In this document: positions 42,254 to 53,784 of the stretch, in pieces
Layout of the letters: every line of letters begins with the position of its first letter
How positions within the stretch are numbered: position 1 is the first letter of the stretch
Assembly: GCF_018350175.1 (NCBI RefSeq)
Contig: NC_058368.1
Location: 188,420,001 to 188,484,000 of the forward strand
Source of the DNA: Felis catus
Taxonomy: Eukaryota
Length of the DNA: 64,000 nucleotides
Reading direction: 5' to 3'
Translations under genes and position numbers: made by a program
The notes under the pieces: model-generated
The model's database searches: none
What the model was told of the DNA's origin: nothing
What the model saw: the letters and a program-made list of their open reading frames with translations, nothing else

Positions 42254-44322
42254 GTTGATCCACCTTGTACATAGAATGTAATTTGATTTTTGTATCTACT
42301 CTCAGAGCTGTACACTATCAGAGGTCCCATCTTCCTCAGATGAGGACACGGAGGCTCAGAAAGTTGAAGTGATTTGTCCAAGGTCATCCATGTGGCAGAA
42401 CTGAGCAGAGACCAAAACTCAACACTGATCAACTCCAGGGTCTGTTTGCTGTGCTGCTTTTTGATAGAAGTGAGGATGCTGCTTTTCCCTTTTGCTAAAT
42501 TTCTCTGGCCTCTCAAATACTCCAGAGTGGCATTTCATCATCATTGGTGCTTACGCCACATACACGGTAGTGCCCTAGGTGTAAATCAGTTTGGTGACTA
42601 ACCGCCCGGTACCAAGCCACATATTTGTCTTGGCATTATTTAACTTTCACGCCTCATCGGGTCTCCCCAACATGAGCAAATCCTGTAGGCGGCAGTGCCC
42701 ACATCAAACCATTCTATCTCCCATGGTCTAAAGGTTGTTACATATTCACGTAAAATGACTGGAGGGTCTTTACCAAATGTGACAGGTAAGTTTGAACAGC
42801 CTGCCTTGGATCTGTGGTATAAACAGTTTTCACACTGGGGAATCCAGGAGGCACCTACAGAAGACAGACATATCTAACAACCTTTGTACTACTTGATTTT
42901 TTTTTTTTTAACCAGGGGCATGAGTTATTTTTTTAAAGTACCATCAAAAATAAATATAGATCGATAAATAGAAAGGATTTTTTAAAGCCAAAAATTGGAG
43001 AGAAAATGACAGGGCAGGAGACCAGGGTCAATAGCTGCCTTCCAGGATAGGTTTCCAGAGCAAGATATAATAAAAAAAAAAAGCCCAGATGAATATAAAC
43101 GCCTAATAAAGAGAGAAATTAACATAGGCTCAAATATGAGTCCTAGACCAACAGTCACAGTGGAAGATGCTCCAAATGTCAGGCCCTGATTTTTGGTCCA
43201 AGCTACTTCGTGTCTAGAGAATTCTATGCTCCCAGAAATTCTAGCAGTAGGAATATGCTTTATTGAACGATGATTTAACAATTTACCCTACAAATGCAGG
43301 GGGGTGGCCAGTTGATATGCAATAATTGTCTTTTGGTTTGAGTTGACGTGGAAAGACGCAGTAGATGGTAGCACTTCACCCCAGAAGTTTGCCCTCTCCA
43401 CCTTGGTCCCACCTTGCTTGGTTCTACCTGTCTCAGGTGACAGTAATACCAGACCAACTGTTCCCGCAGCTTTCTAACATAAGCATTTAGATACCTCTGC
43501 AACCCTACAGCCCAGGACACACCCACTTCCGGCCTGCACACCCATTCCTTTCACTGGGATTAACATAAAATTGCACTTAGAAAGGAAGAGAAAAAGATTT
43601 CCATATGCAAATGAAGATATCAATGACAAAGTGGAACACTTGTATTACTGTGCAGTCCGTCCAGTCTAGCAGGCAGAGATGCCCACTTGGGCAACGGACT
43701 TCTGCAGTGACAGCATCTGACACCCATTGCCTTCAGAGCAGACCCAGATGGAAGGGTGACTGTAGAAATGTGACCGGACTCACTGTTGAAGGGAAGGAGG
43801 TAGGTGAAGACACCTCAGCCCCTTTAAAAAAGAAGCTGACTTTAGGGATCTCTTATAAAGCATTAAAACAAAAAACATATCTGAATGACACTTGAAAACT
43901 TGAATGAGATCACTTTGGACTGCCTTCTGCTTCCAGGAAAACACCACACCCATGACACTGGGTCTCCACTGCCACCCATAAAGTCCAGCGCTTCAGCAGT
44001 GACACGGCAACTCTCATCCCAAGAGCACATTCAATTACATGACATAAATATGGACCATATCTAACCTAGCACTGTCCGGTTCTAGAAAGCAAATTCCTAA
44101 CCACGACATATTCTGCCTTTTTTGCGTGCTTCATTCATGTCTTTTTTCAATGACATTTTTTCTGACTAGAGAAGTAATACATGTCCATTACAGGCATTTT
44201 GGAAAATTAAGGAAATCAAAAAGAAGAAGACAAAAATCATCTATGATCATACCACTCAGATTATTCACTGTTAAGTTTTTGGCCATAGAACCTCCAGTCT
44301 TTTTTTTTAAAGCACACATCCC

Positions 44323-44846
44323 ACAGGTATGCTGTTTCAAACGGGCACATGCACCTCAATATTTATAGCAGCACTATCAATAATAGCCAAAGTATGGAAA
44401 GGGCCCAAATGTCTACCGACAGATGAATGGGTAAAGAAGATGTGGTATATATATACAATGGAACATTACTCGGCAATCAAAAAGAATGAAATCTTGCCAT
44501 TTGCAACTACGTGGATGGAACTAGATGGTATTATGCTAAGTGAAATTAGTCAGAGACAGACAAATATCATATGACTTCATTCATATGAGGACTTTAAGAT
44601 ACAAAACAGATGAACATAAGGGAAGGGAAGCAAAAATAATATAAAAACAGGGAGGGGGACAAAACAGAAGAGACTCTTAAATATGGAGAACAAACAAAGC
44701 GTTACTGGAGGGGGTGTGGGAGGGGGGATGGGCTAAATGGGTAAGGGGCACTAAGGAATCTACTCCTGAAGTCATTGTTGCACTATATGCTAACTTGGAT
44801 GTACATTTTAAAAACAAATTAAAAAAAATAATAATAAAGATGAAAA
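44323..44846 (+). mobile_element. 5'-truncated felid L1 3' end
   Basis: ORF2 C-terminus (ORF 44329-44574), 3' UTR and A tail; TSD GCACACATCCC at 44312 and 44851; very similar to 17866-18496. Confidence 0.93.
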
Positions 44847-45758
44847 AAAGGCACACATCCCCCATGCAAGTGGGAGCTACTTCCCATGCCCCTAAACTAG
44901 AAGTGTCCCCTCAAAGCAGCTAATCATTTGAGGGAATAACACTTGGTCTTGTGTGAAATTAATTGTCATATTTCTTTACTTCACTGACAGCCCTAACCAC
45001 TTATATTTGACTCTCAGTCACCTACCTGGTTCCCACCCAGTTGGAGTATCCATTCCTCTGGGATCTTGATCCTCTCCACAGCTCAGGGCAAAACAGACTA
45101 GTGTAAAACCTGACTTTCATTGTGAGCCCATTCTCTTTCTCAATGATCAGTTTATAGGTGACCAGGAAGATGAGGAGAAGAATACGAGGACTTCCAGGAC
45201 AAATTCTTTGCTCCTAAGAGAGACACACAAGGAAAAAACAGTCCTTTATTATCCTAGATGCTGTCCTGTGTGGATGAATGCCTAGAACCAGAGAGCTATT
45301 TTGGGAGGCTGAGAGAAGCTAGCTGGAGATTAAAGCTCAAAGCGCCCTAACTGATCCAGACAGAATATTCTAGGTGACCTCCAGCAAGATACAAGTAACC
45401 ACTAGACACAAAACAGACTATTGTGAGAAAACAGCAATTTACAGAAGAATATGTATAGTATGACCCTATTTATATAGCCAGATAGATATAAATGCATAGA
45501 AAAAAGTCAGGAGTAGACTCTGGAGAAATATACATGAAAATGTTGGCAATGGTGACCTCTAACCACCATGTGAATCAGGGCTTCAACTGTTTATTCTGCA
45601 TGTATTTGTAGTGTTTGAAGTTTTTACAGTAGCATGCCTGCATGTATTGCTTGTGTAATTTTTTTAGCATTTTAATTTTAAGGAGTATGCAAGGCTTCCC
45701 CTTTATTTGAAATTTGTATTAGAAAGCTCAGAGCATTCATCTTTTAAAAAAAAGTTTT

Positions 45759-45981
45759 GGGGCGCCTGGGTGGCTCAGTCAGTTGAACTTCCGACTTCGG
45801 TTCAGGTCATGATCTCATGGTTCATGGGTTCGAGCCCCGCATCAGGCTCTGTGCTGACAGCTCAGAGCCTGGAGCCTGCTTCAGATTCTGTGTCTCCCTT
45901 TTTCTCTGCCCCTCCCCTGCTCATGATCTGTCTCTCTCTCTCTCTCTCTCTCAAAAATAAATAAACATAAACAAAAATTTT
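45759..45981 (+). mobile_element. CanSINE
   Basis: Full body; TSD AAAAAAAAGTTTTG. Confidence 0.92.
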
Positions 45982-46381
45982 AAAAAAAAGTTTTGTGGTC
46001 AGAAAACTCTTCAAGTTATTTTCAGTTTCTAGGGGGATCCTCTCCTTCTTACAGCTCAGCCTGCCTGCTGTTTGCCTGCAGACCTTACTTTTCCACAGGA
46101 AGAATCTGAGGGAGATCACAGGCTGTGGTTCAGTTTACTTGGGGCAGAGTCTGGACTGTGATGTGGGGCAAGGTGATAAACATCTTCTATGAAATCAGGA
46201 TAATGGGCATTTGGCTGACATTACCAGAGTGCCGTCCGGCCTTGTGAGTGTCCAGAGATAAGGAAGGCAAAAGATGTTATCTCTGGACAGTGGCACACTG
46301 GGGTTATTCAGAGTGTCTCAAAGTGCAGGCCAAGATCCCCACAGCAGAGTCACCTGCAAGCTCATTAAAATGCAGATTCCT

Positions 46382-46604
46382 GGGGCGCCTGGGTGGCGCA
46401 GTCGGTTAAGCGTCCGACTTCAGCCAGGTCACGATCTCGCGGTCCGTGAGTTCGAGCCCCGCGTCGGGCTCTGGGCTGATGGCTCGGAGCCTGGAGCCTG
46501 TTTCCGATTCTGTGTCTCCCTCTCTCTCTGTCCCTCCCCTGTTCATGCTCTGTCTCTCTCTGTCCCAAAAATAAATAAAAACGCTGAAAAAAAAAATTTT
46601 AAAA
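46382..46604 (+). mobile_element. Young felid CanSINE (SINEC_Fc-type) inserted in a MER5-like element
   Basis: CpG-rich GGGGCGCCTGGGTGGCGCAGTCGGTTAAGCGTCCG; perfect 15-bp TSD AAAATGCAGATTCCT at 46367 and 46605. Confidence 0.95.
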
Positions 46605-46966
46605 AAAATGCAGATTCCTGAGCCCCACCTCAGATCTACTGATTAACAATCTCTGAAGGTAGCGCCTGAGAACCTGAATTCTTTATTATCTGCAGATAAA
46701 GTGTGAGAAGTACTTTCTTCATAGGTAAACTGGACTTGTCAAAATAGTCGGGCCTGTGGCAGAGATGGGGCAAGTGCAGGTTCTTCCTTCTCATCCTGGT
46801 TATCTGGATGCTCAGGGCCAAATGAGTGGCTAGCTGCAGCCACAGGGTTTCATGGCATGAGGACTATTAGGAGCTCTATCTCAGGCTCCTCCCATTAATT
46901 CTGTCACTCATCTTCTAGCTTCAATGTCCCCTAGCAAGCTACCAAAAGTCTTCCTGGGACAGGCAG

Positions 46967-47025
<59 letters not shown>

Positions 47026-47054
47026 GATAGATAGATAGAGATAGATAGATAGAT
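46967..47054 (+). repeat. (GATA)n microsatellite
   Basis: About 22 units with interruptions. Confidence 0.97.
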
Positions 47055-47795
47055 AAATCAGCCACTTATTAAGCACTTAGCCAGGATGCTGTGCTAAGTG
47101 CATTGCATCTCACCTCATTTAACCTCACAACATACCTAAGATCGGGTACTATTATTAACCCCATTTTACAGATGTGAGAACTGAGGCTTAGAGAAGTTAA
47201 GTAATGTGCACAGCAGGTGCCGGAATTCAGGTCTACTTGTCCTTGGTGCAGGTGGTCCCACACACCTTTCACACAGGACTGGTCCTGGGGCTGCAATCTG
47301 AGCCGGGGCAGGGGGGGGGGGGGGAGCAAGGCTTACCTTGAACCTGCTTTTGCAAAACTAGCACGCTATTTTTACTTAGATTTTATATTCAAATCAGTTT
47401 TTTTTTTAATTCTGAGGCTGCTTTTATGAACACATTGGTAAAATGGTTTTGTCTTACTTGTCTTATTTTATGTAAGTATGTACTTAAGGAAGGCCACAGA
47501 AAGGCTCCCCTGTGGTGATGCAGCCACTGTAAACAAGCTGGTGAAACTATTTCTGCCAACTTTATATTAAGTTTTCTGTTAAGTAATCTTTGATGACTTG
47601 TTGGGAGTAGTAAACACATTTTTACAGAAAGAAACCCCCCCATTGGTACATATTTTAATGTATGTATGTGTGTGTGAGTGTACAGGTGCCTCACATAACA
47701 ACAAAAATCAAACTGTGGAAAGGTCCCTTCCGCATCACCGTCCAGCTATATTCGTCAGAGATGCCCATGGTAACAAGCAGGAGAGCTCACGCGTG

Positions 47796-47796
<1 letters not shown>

Positions 47797-47828
<32 letters not shown>
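47797..47828 (+). repeat. (AC)16 microsatellite
   Basis: Read directly. Confidence 0.95.
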
Positions 47829-47830
<2 letters not shown>

Positions 47831-47944
47831 TATCATACAACCCAATACAATGCAACTTACTTTGTTCATATCTACATATGACTTGGATACAGGACGTTTC
47901 GCTTTGTTGTTTAACTTGAGAAGAACTTCTGTTTCCCTTGAAGC

Positions 47945-48360
47945 CTAGAGGGCAGAGGAGGTGGGAGAAGGCACTCGAGCTCGAGGTACTGTCTCCGCCC
48001 AAGCCAGAGCACCAGGTCGGATAAACAGTGGGACTGCCAGCTCAGCAGACCCCGCCCTTCCCGGATGGGTCAAACGGAGGGAGGAAGTGTGCGGTTGGGA
48101 AGCTCCGCTGCTCTCGCCCGGTCTCCAGTTTTCCCCGCGCAGAAACTGCAAGGAAAGTTAGTATGGGAAGCTGCGTCCACCTGAAACCCTGCCGGGGCCC
48201 AGGAACTTCCCAGGCGGCGGGGACTGGGGACTGTGCTCCGAAATGGAGACCTCGCGGGTGAGAGCGAGCTCTCGGGCCGCCGGCGCGGGACTGGCACGGC
48301 CTCGCAGCAGCGCCCTCTCTCGGCGGCCCTGGGTACGGCCTGTATCTATCGGCGTGCATT
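47945..48360. promoter_or_regulatory. Small CpG island with GC boxes, ETS and kB motifs
   Basis: About 34 CpG in 420 bp by hand count in an otherwise CpG-poor region; not a recognisable repeat; GAGGAAGTG 48081, GGGAAGCTCC 48097, GGAACTTCCC 48202, CCGCCC 47995 and 48052. Confidence 0.75.
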
Positions 48361-49099
48361 TGTGGGCTTGTACTTGGTGTTGGTGTTCCAGCTAGTGTTT
48401 CTGTTGCTGCTCTTGTGCAGAATGGTTGTGGGTGTCTAACACCGTGTTCACCTTTCACTCCTCTTAACAATGTTAAATTCCTCTAGGAATTTCTAGCTAA
48501 TTCTGCTAATTCTGTGCATCGGTATAGAGCTCCTAGGGCTCTATGGTTTTGTGTGCATAGGAGTGTGAGGTTATAGTCCGGTGTGTGCCTTGAGTGTGGC
48601 ATAGGTTGTCTATATCCCTGACTGTGGATATTTCACTTTCTGTCCCCACCTGTCTGTGAGCAATTACCTATGAGCATGAGCTGTATCCCTCCATATTTGA
48701 GTCTTACTAGTAATACACATTTTTACCATCTTCCCATGGCTGTGCCTGTATAAATGTACAGGCGCGTGTGTGGTGCATGAAGCCACAATGGGTAGTAATG
48801 GGATGTTTCTGAAATCCAGATGTTGAAGGAATAATGTGGAAGAGGGGAACCTCAAATATACTAAGCCTTTTGCCCTTCATCTCATTCTCGTTGACTTCAG
48901 AAGAACCATACAGTTTGCTTTTGGACCCTCTGGCTTACAATTGCTTGATTCTGACCTGAACCTGGCCTCCTGTGTGAACTCTCCTTGGCCTTCCTTCTCC
49001 TGTCTGTGGAGGCTGCCTGCTGCAGGCAGGCTTTAAGCCCATTGACCCTGATGTCAACAGAAGCAAGTGAGCATCCCATCTCCTTCCTTTTTCCCCACC

Positions 49100-49310
49100 C
49101 AAAAGTCACTTCCTCTTAGTTCATTACCTGGGATTTTGATGCTTGTGTTCCCTCAGCATTATTGATACACATGGGGAAAAAAAAAAAAAAGGAACTTCTT
49201 GAAATTCCCCCAGAAGGTTTTGAGAGTTGTTTTCAGTGTTGCAACTTGAACAAGTCAGTTTCTAGTTTAAGTTTCCATCAGAAAGCTTGGTAGGAGTAGG
49301 GTATATAAGC
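49100..49310 (+). promoter_or_regulatory. IL12B: IL12B proximal promoter
   Basis: Motifs in the order described for IL12B promoters: Ets CACTTCCTC 49107-49115, GA-12-like TTGATAC about 49162-49168, Rel/NF-kB TTGAAATTCCCC 49199-49210, C/EBP GTGTTGCAAC 49236-49245, AP-1-like AAGTCAG 49252-49258, IRF/NFAT-like GTTTCTAGTTTAAGTTTCCA 49258-49277, TATATAA 49302-49308. Confidence 0.88.
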
Positions 49311-49321
49311 CCCAGTAGTAA

Positions 49322-49329
49322 CAACAGCA

Positions 49330-49366
<37 letters not shown>
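49322..49366 (+). repeat. (CAA)(CAG)2(CAA)(CAG)11 trinucleotide repeat at the IL12B TSS
   Basis: Read directly; 15 triplets. Confidence 0.97.
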
Positions 49367-49371
<5 letters not shown>

Positions 49372-49416
49372 ACTAGTTTCAGACCCAGAAAACTCTGCAG
49401 CCTGCCCAGAAGCAAG
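49330..49416 (+). other. IL12B: IL12B exon 1 (5' UTR only)
   Basis: Lies downstream of the TATA box, has no ATG and ends CCTGCCCAGAAGCAAG|GTAAGC (strong donor at 49417); resembles recalled human exon 1 end CCTGCCCAGAGCAAG; start inferred as about 30 nt after TATA. Confidence 0.88.
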
Positions 49417-50727
49417 GTAAGCACTTCCTTGGCCCCTTCTAGCTTTCCACAGGCCCGCAGGCTGTCCGGGGTAGCACCATTTGAGTGGTACCCCTACCCC
49501 TGGCAAGCTACCAGGAGTGTGTGGATTTCTGGAGGCATTCCTGGTGACTTACCTGCCGGGACACTAGTGAAAAGTCAGTATTTTGGGGACTGATGTATCA
49601 GGTCTTAATTTTAAAAGTCAACTAATAATAATTGTACACGAGAGTCTGCAAATGAATGCACATTTGATAGAAGGGCTTGTTTTGTCTTGTCTGAGAGTAG
49701 TGTGTACATAAAAGAGTGTTCCTCAATTTTAATGCCCACCAGTTAAATTGTATCAAGTGAGTGGTGCCTCTGTTAGGACTGTAAACTTTTTTAAAGCTGT
49801 TCGTTCATTAAGCCATAATGAATTCAATAAACAATTGAATTCATACTTACACCTCATAATTGAAAGTTGCAGAGCAAACTTTGTGTTGGGCTTAATAGAT
49901 AGTTGGAACAGTCAAGCAGACTGGAGTCCGGGTTATCCAGATTTTTTTGGATTAACTTCGAAGCTACTTTAAAAATGAAAAGCAGCCGCATTGTTTAAAA
50001 GTATTTGCCAAAGGGTTTTAAAATCTGTGAGGAGGAAAACAAAAGATTATACTCTATTAGTGTCTTATGGTTGCCCAGGTAAATCGTGTGCAACAGTTTT
50101 TCAGGTTAAAAAAAATAGCGATCAGGTTAAAATAACATTTTAACCAAGAGATTACCAAACCCCCGCTGATGGCCCACTTCCGTCAGATAAGGAACTTCAA
50201 GATATTGGAAAGAATTTGGACAACCTCTTGGGGTTCCTTTTACTGGGATCTGAAAACTGATGATTTCTGTACATTTATTCATTTTCCTCTAATAATTCAT
50301 AAGATCCCTCGAGGCCAGAGTGTTTATGCTAGACTCTGGAGGTATAGTGTGGAGTCAGAAAGACATGATCCCTGCCCTCAGAGAGCTCAGTGTGGCAGAG
50401 AAGACAAACATCGACAACTGTATTACCGCAATCACAGGAAAAAGTGCTATGAGTGGGATTCAGGGAGAGCAAACAGCCAGGAGTCCTGACTTCCTTGGGG
50501 CACCCTGCTGGATACCTTCATGAATTATTTCATTAACTCCTCACCACAGTAGGATGCCCATTTTACAAGGTTGAATGTGAGACTTAAATAAGTCAAGTGA
50601 CTTTCCTAGAGTCACACAACTAATAAGTGGAAGGGCTGGGATGCCAATGCAGTCTGCCTGGCTCTAGAATTGGGGGTGCTACCCATGCTTTGTGTGATTT
50701 TGCCTTTTTATTTTTAAATAATAATTC

Positions 50728-50903
50728 TTTTTATTTTTTATTTTTTTTAATGTTTATTTTTGAGAGAGAGAGAGAGAGCACGACAGAATGCTAGCAGCTG
50801 AGCTGTCAGCACAGAGCCTGACGTGGGGCTTGAACTCACAAACCGTGAGATCATGACTTAAGCCAAAGTCAGATGCTTAACCAACTGAGCCACCCAGGCA
50901 CCC
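50728..50903 (-). mobile_element. CanSINE with internal deletion, intron 1
   Basis: TSD AATAATAATTC. Confidence 0.9.
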
Positions 50904-52136
50904 AATAATAATTCCTTCTAAATTAAAAAGTAACAAAATAAAGCTTGCAAACGAGATGCCCACCCAAGTGTCCTGGGCATGCCCATGTTGGCACCAGCTT
51001 TAGGGAGCATAACCATACCACAGGACCTGGGGTCCCTATGTTCCTTATACAAAGATTTCAAGAATTTAGAAAACCTACAAAATTACATGGAAAAAAATGT
51101 TTAATCCTGAAGACTCTCAAATGTAACATGCCAAGGAAATGTGGGCTGTGGAATATAGCTCTCTGATATCAGCTGATCTGGAGAACAACAGGGCAAATAC
51201 ATGCTGCCCCCTTTTTGGATTTCCCTGGGTTGGATTAAGAGAGTGACCCACCACCACATCCCCCCCCCACCCCATCCAGCCAGTGTTCCATGGTTTAAAA
51301 TGTAGGTGATACTAAAATGCAAGTTGTTTCTTAGAATCATCACCAAGGCTCCCTTGATCGTGAAGTGCAGTTCACCTGAAATTCTCAAACACATCTAAGG
51401 CCCCAAGAGGAAGTGCCAGGCATATAGCCAAAGGGAAAATCCCAGCATTAAGATAGTGCAAAAGAATCACCAGGAGATGCCAGGAATCTCTGTTATTTCC
51501 CTGCCCAGAGTGCCGGCATCTGGGCTTTACAGGCCTATGTAATTACAATACCTCTAGGGCATTTCCCTACAACCAGCAGGAAGGTTTTGTCCGCTGTTGT
51601 ATACAAAACAGACAAATCGCATTTTTCCTTTATCTCTTCACCCAAGTACAAGCTAACATGTTATTGGTTGCCTTCTATAATATGATATGTCATCTCATTG
51701 CATTCTGTCAACAACCCTCTGAAATGGGTATAATGTCCATTTTATAGACGAGGAGACTGAAGCTCAGAGATAATTTGGGCAACATCACACAACTATAAGT
51801 GGAGGAAGCGGAATTCAAGCCCGTCTGCTGGACTCCAAGCCTGTGAATGTACTAACTGATACCCTGTGGCAACTAGTACATTGTTACAGTCATAACTTGG
51901 ACATGATTAATGGGCATGTCTGTGAAAGCTCCATGCTGCAGTGACAAAGTGCTGACAGTACAGGAAGGCCTGACTTCTAGTCCCATATCTGCCACTCTCA
52001 ACCTTTGTAATCTGATTGAATAAAGCACATGGCAAGGTTCTCCTAGGATTAGCAGCAATTCTAACAAAGCCGTGATTTGTCAATATTCAGTCACCCCAGC
52101 CAAAAGATGTTCATTTTTAAGGTATCTGGCTGAAAA

Positions 52137-52344
52137 TTTTTTAATGTTTTATTTATTTTTGAGAGAGAGAGAGAGAAAGCACAAGCAGGGGAAGGGCAGA
52201 AAGAGGGAGACACAGAATCTGAAGCAGGCTCCAGGCTCTGAGCTGTCAGCACAGAGCCTGATAAAAGGCTGGAACCCATGAACCATGAGATCATGACCTG
52301 AGCCGAAGTGGGACGCTTAACCGACTGAGCCACCCAGGTGCCCC
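52137..52344 (-). mobile_element. CanSINE, intron 1
   Basis: Full body, antisense to IL12B. Confidence 0.92.
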
Positions 52345-52692
52345 CTGACCAAAAATTTTGGGTCTTATTATTTGTATGATTTATTCAGTGGTTTCTGAAA
52401 ACATGTTCCTGCAGAACATTGGTGCTCTCTGAGATGGATGGAGGTGTTTCAGAATGAAATTCAATAATCACCATCTCTACCTAATTCAGAAGTAGGGTAC
52501 AATCTTCACGTCCTGAAGATTTGCATAAACCCTGGATCCCAATCTAGATTGAGTTTTACTCTAAGATGGTAGCTGATATTTAGCACAAAATTATACATTT
52601 CACTTTTCAGAGTGGATATATCAATATTTCATGGCCTTCTTCCAAAGAACATCTTGGTTTTCAGAGCTGTGGACGCTAAGCATGGGTTAACC

Positions 52693-52902
52693 CAGTAGTT
52701 CTCAAAGTGTGATCCCTGGACCAGCAACATCAGCTTCACCAGGAAACTTTTAAGAAATGCAGATTCTGAGGTCCCTCTCCTCCTTCCATCCCCCTTCGCC
52801 CCTACCTGCTGAATCAGACACTCTGTAGGTGGAACTCAGCCATCTGTGTTTTAGCAAGGCTTCCAGGTTACTCTGATGTGTGCTCAAGTTTGAGAATCAC
52901 TT
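52693..52902. mobile_element. MER5A-like hAT MITE, intron 1
   Basis: TIRs CAGTAGTTCTCAAA / TTTGAGAATCACT and AGAAATGCAGATTCT core. Confidence 0.8.
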
Positions 52903-53214
52903 GTTTCGTTATGTGAGAGGAAGTAACCTTTGAGTTTGGAGCAGTTACAATCTAAACGAGGAGAGAAACTAAACCTGGCTGCCAGGTGGCTGCCATAACT
53001 TGGATCATAAATATTTGTTGAATGAAAGTATTTGCTCCTAGAAGACAGGACCCAGGCCCAAAATCCTTTTTTTTTTTCCTCTCCTAACCACTCTATCTCT
53101 ATGCCCTTTACATAGTAAGTACATAGTAAGTAAATAACAGTTGAATGTTGATCCAGACAAGTCATGTTCCTTCTCTGCACCTTAGGTTTCTCAGTTTAAA
53201 AATGAGAAGATTCT

Positions 53215-53424
53215 GGGACGCCTGGGTGGCTCAGTTGGTTGGGCGGCCGACTTCAGCTCAGGTCACGATCTCGTGGTCTGTGGGTTCGAGCCCCGCGTTG
53301 GGCTCTGTGCTGGCAGCTCAGAGCCTCCAATTCTGTGTCTCCCCCTCTCTCTGCCCCTCCGCTGCTTCCTCTCTGCCTCTGTCTCTCTCTCTCTCAAATA
53401 ATAAATATTTAAAAAAAAAAAAAA
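53215..53424 (+). mobile_element. CanSINE, intron 1
   Basis: SINE head, (CT)n and A tail. Confidence 0.92.
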
Positions 53425-53696
53425 GAGTATTCTATCAGATGGCTGGCCTCAGTTCTCCTTCAGCTCCAGATAGTCTGTGGTTCTCTCTTTGGAGATGTTC
53501 TTACTCAGAGACTGGCACAGGGTTCCTGCAATTCGCGTGGTATGAATCTGACGAGACAAATCAAGATTAAAACCAAGGTACATTGAATGAATATGGTTTC
53601 CAAAATGACTGAGTAACTGCTGACATTGTCTCTTCTCTTTTCCCTCCTCTTCTCTCTCTTTCTCCTTCTTCTCCTCTGTTTCTCCGCCTCCTGCAG

Positions 53697-53784
53697 ATGC
53701 ATCCTCAGCAGCTGGTCATCGCCTGGTTTTCCCTGGTTTTGCTGGCACCTCCCCTCATGGCCATATGGGAACTGGAGAAAAACG
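53697..53784 (+). CDS. IL12B: IL12B exon 2 (signal peptide and mature N-terminus IWELEKN)
   Basis: Long pyrimidine tract then CTGCAG|ATG; ends AAC G|GTAACC; 88 nt. Confidence 0.97.

Noticed and set aside
47974..47985. Palindrome CTCGAGCTCGAG (XhoI-SacI-XhoI) resembling a cloning linker
   Set aside because: Only 12 bp, at the edge of a CpG island, with no vector sequence nearby
49267..49506. Minus-strand ORF with 15 consecutive Cys
   Set aside because: Antisense reading of the promoter CAG repeat; no other coding support
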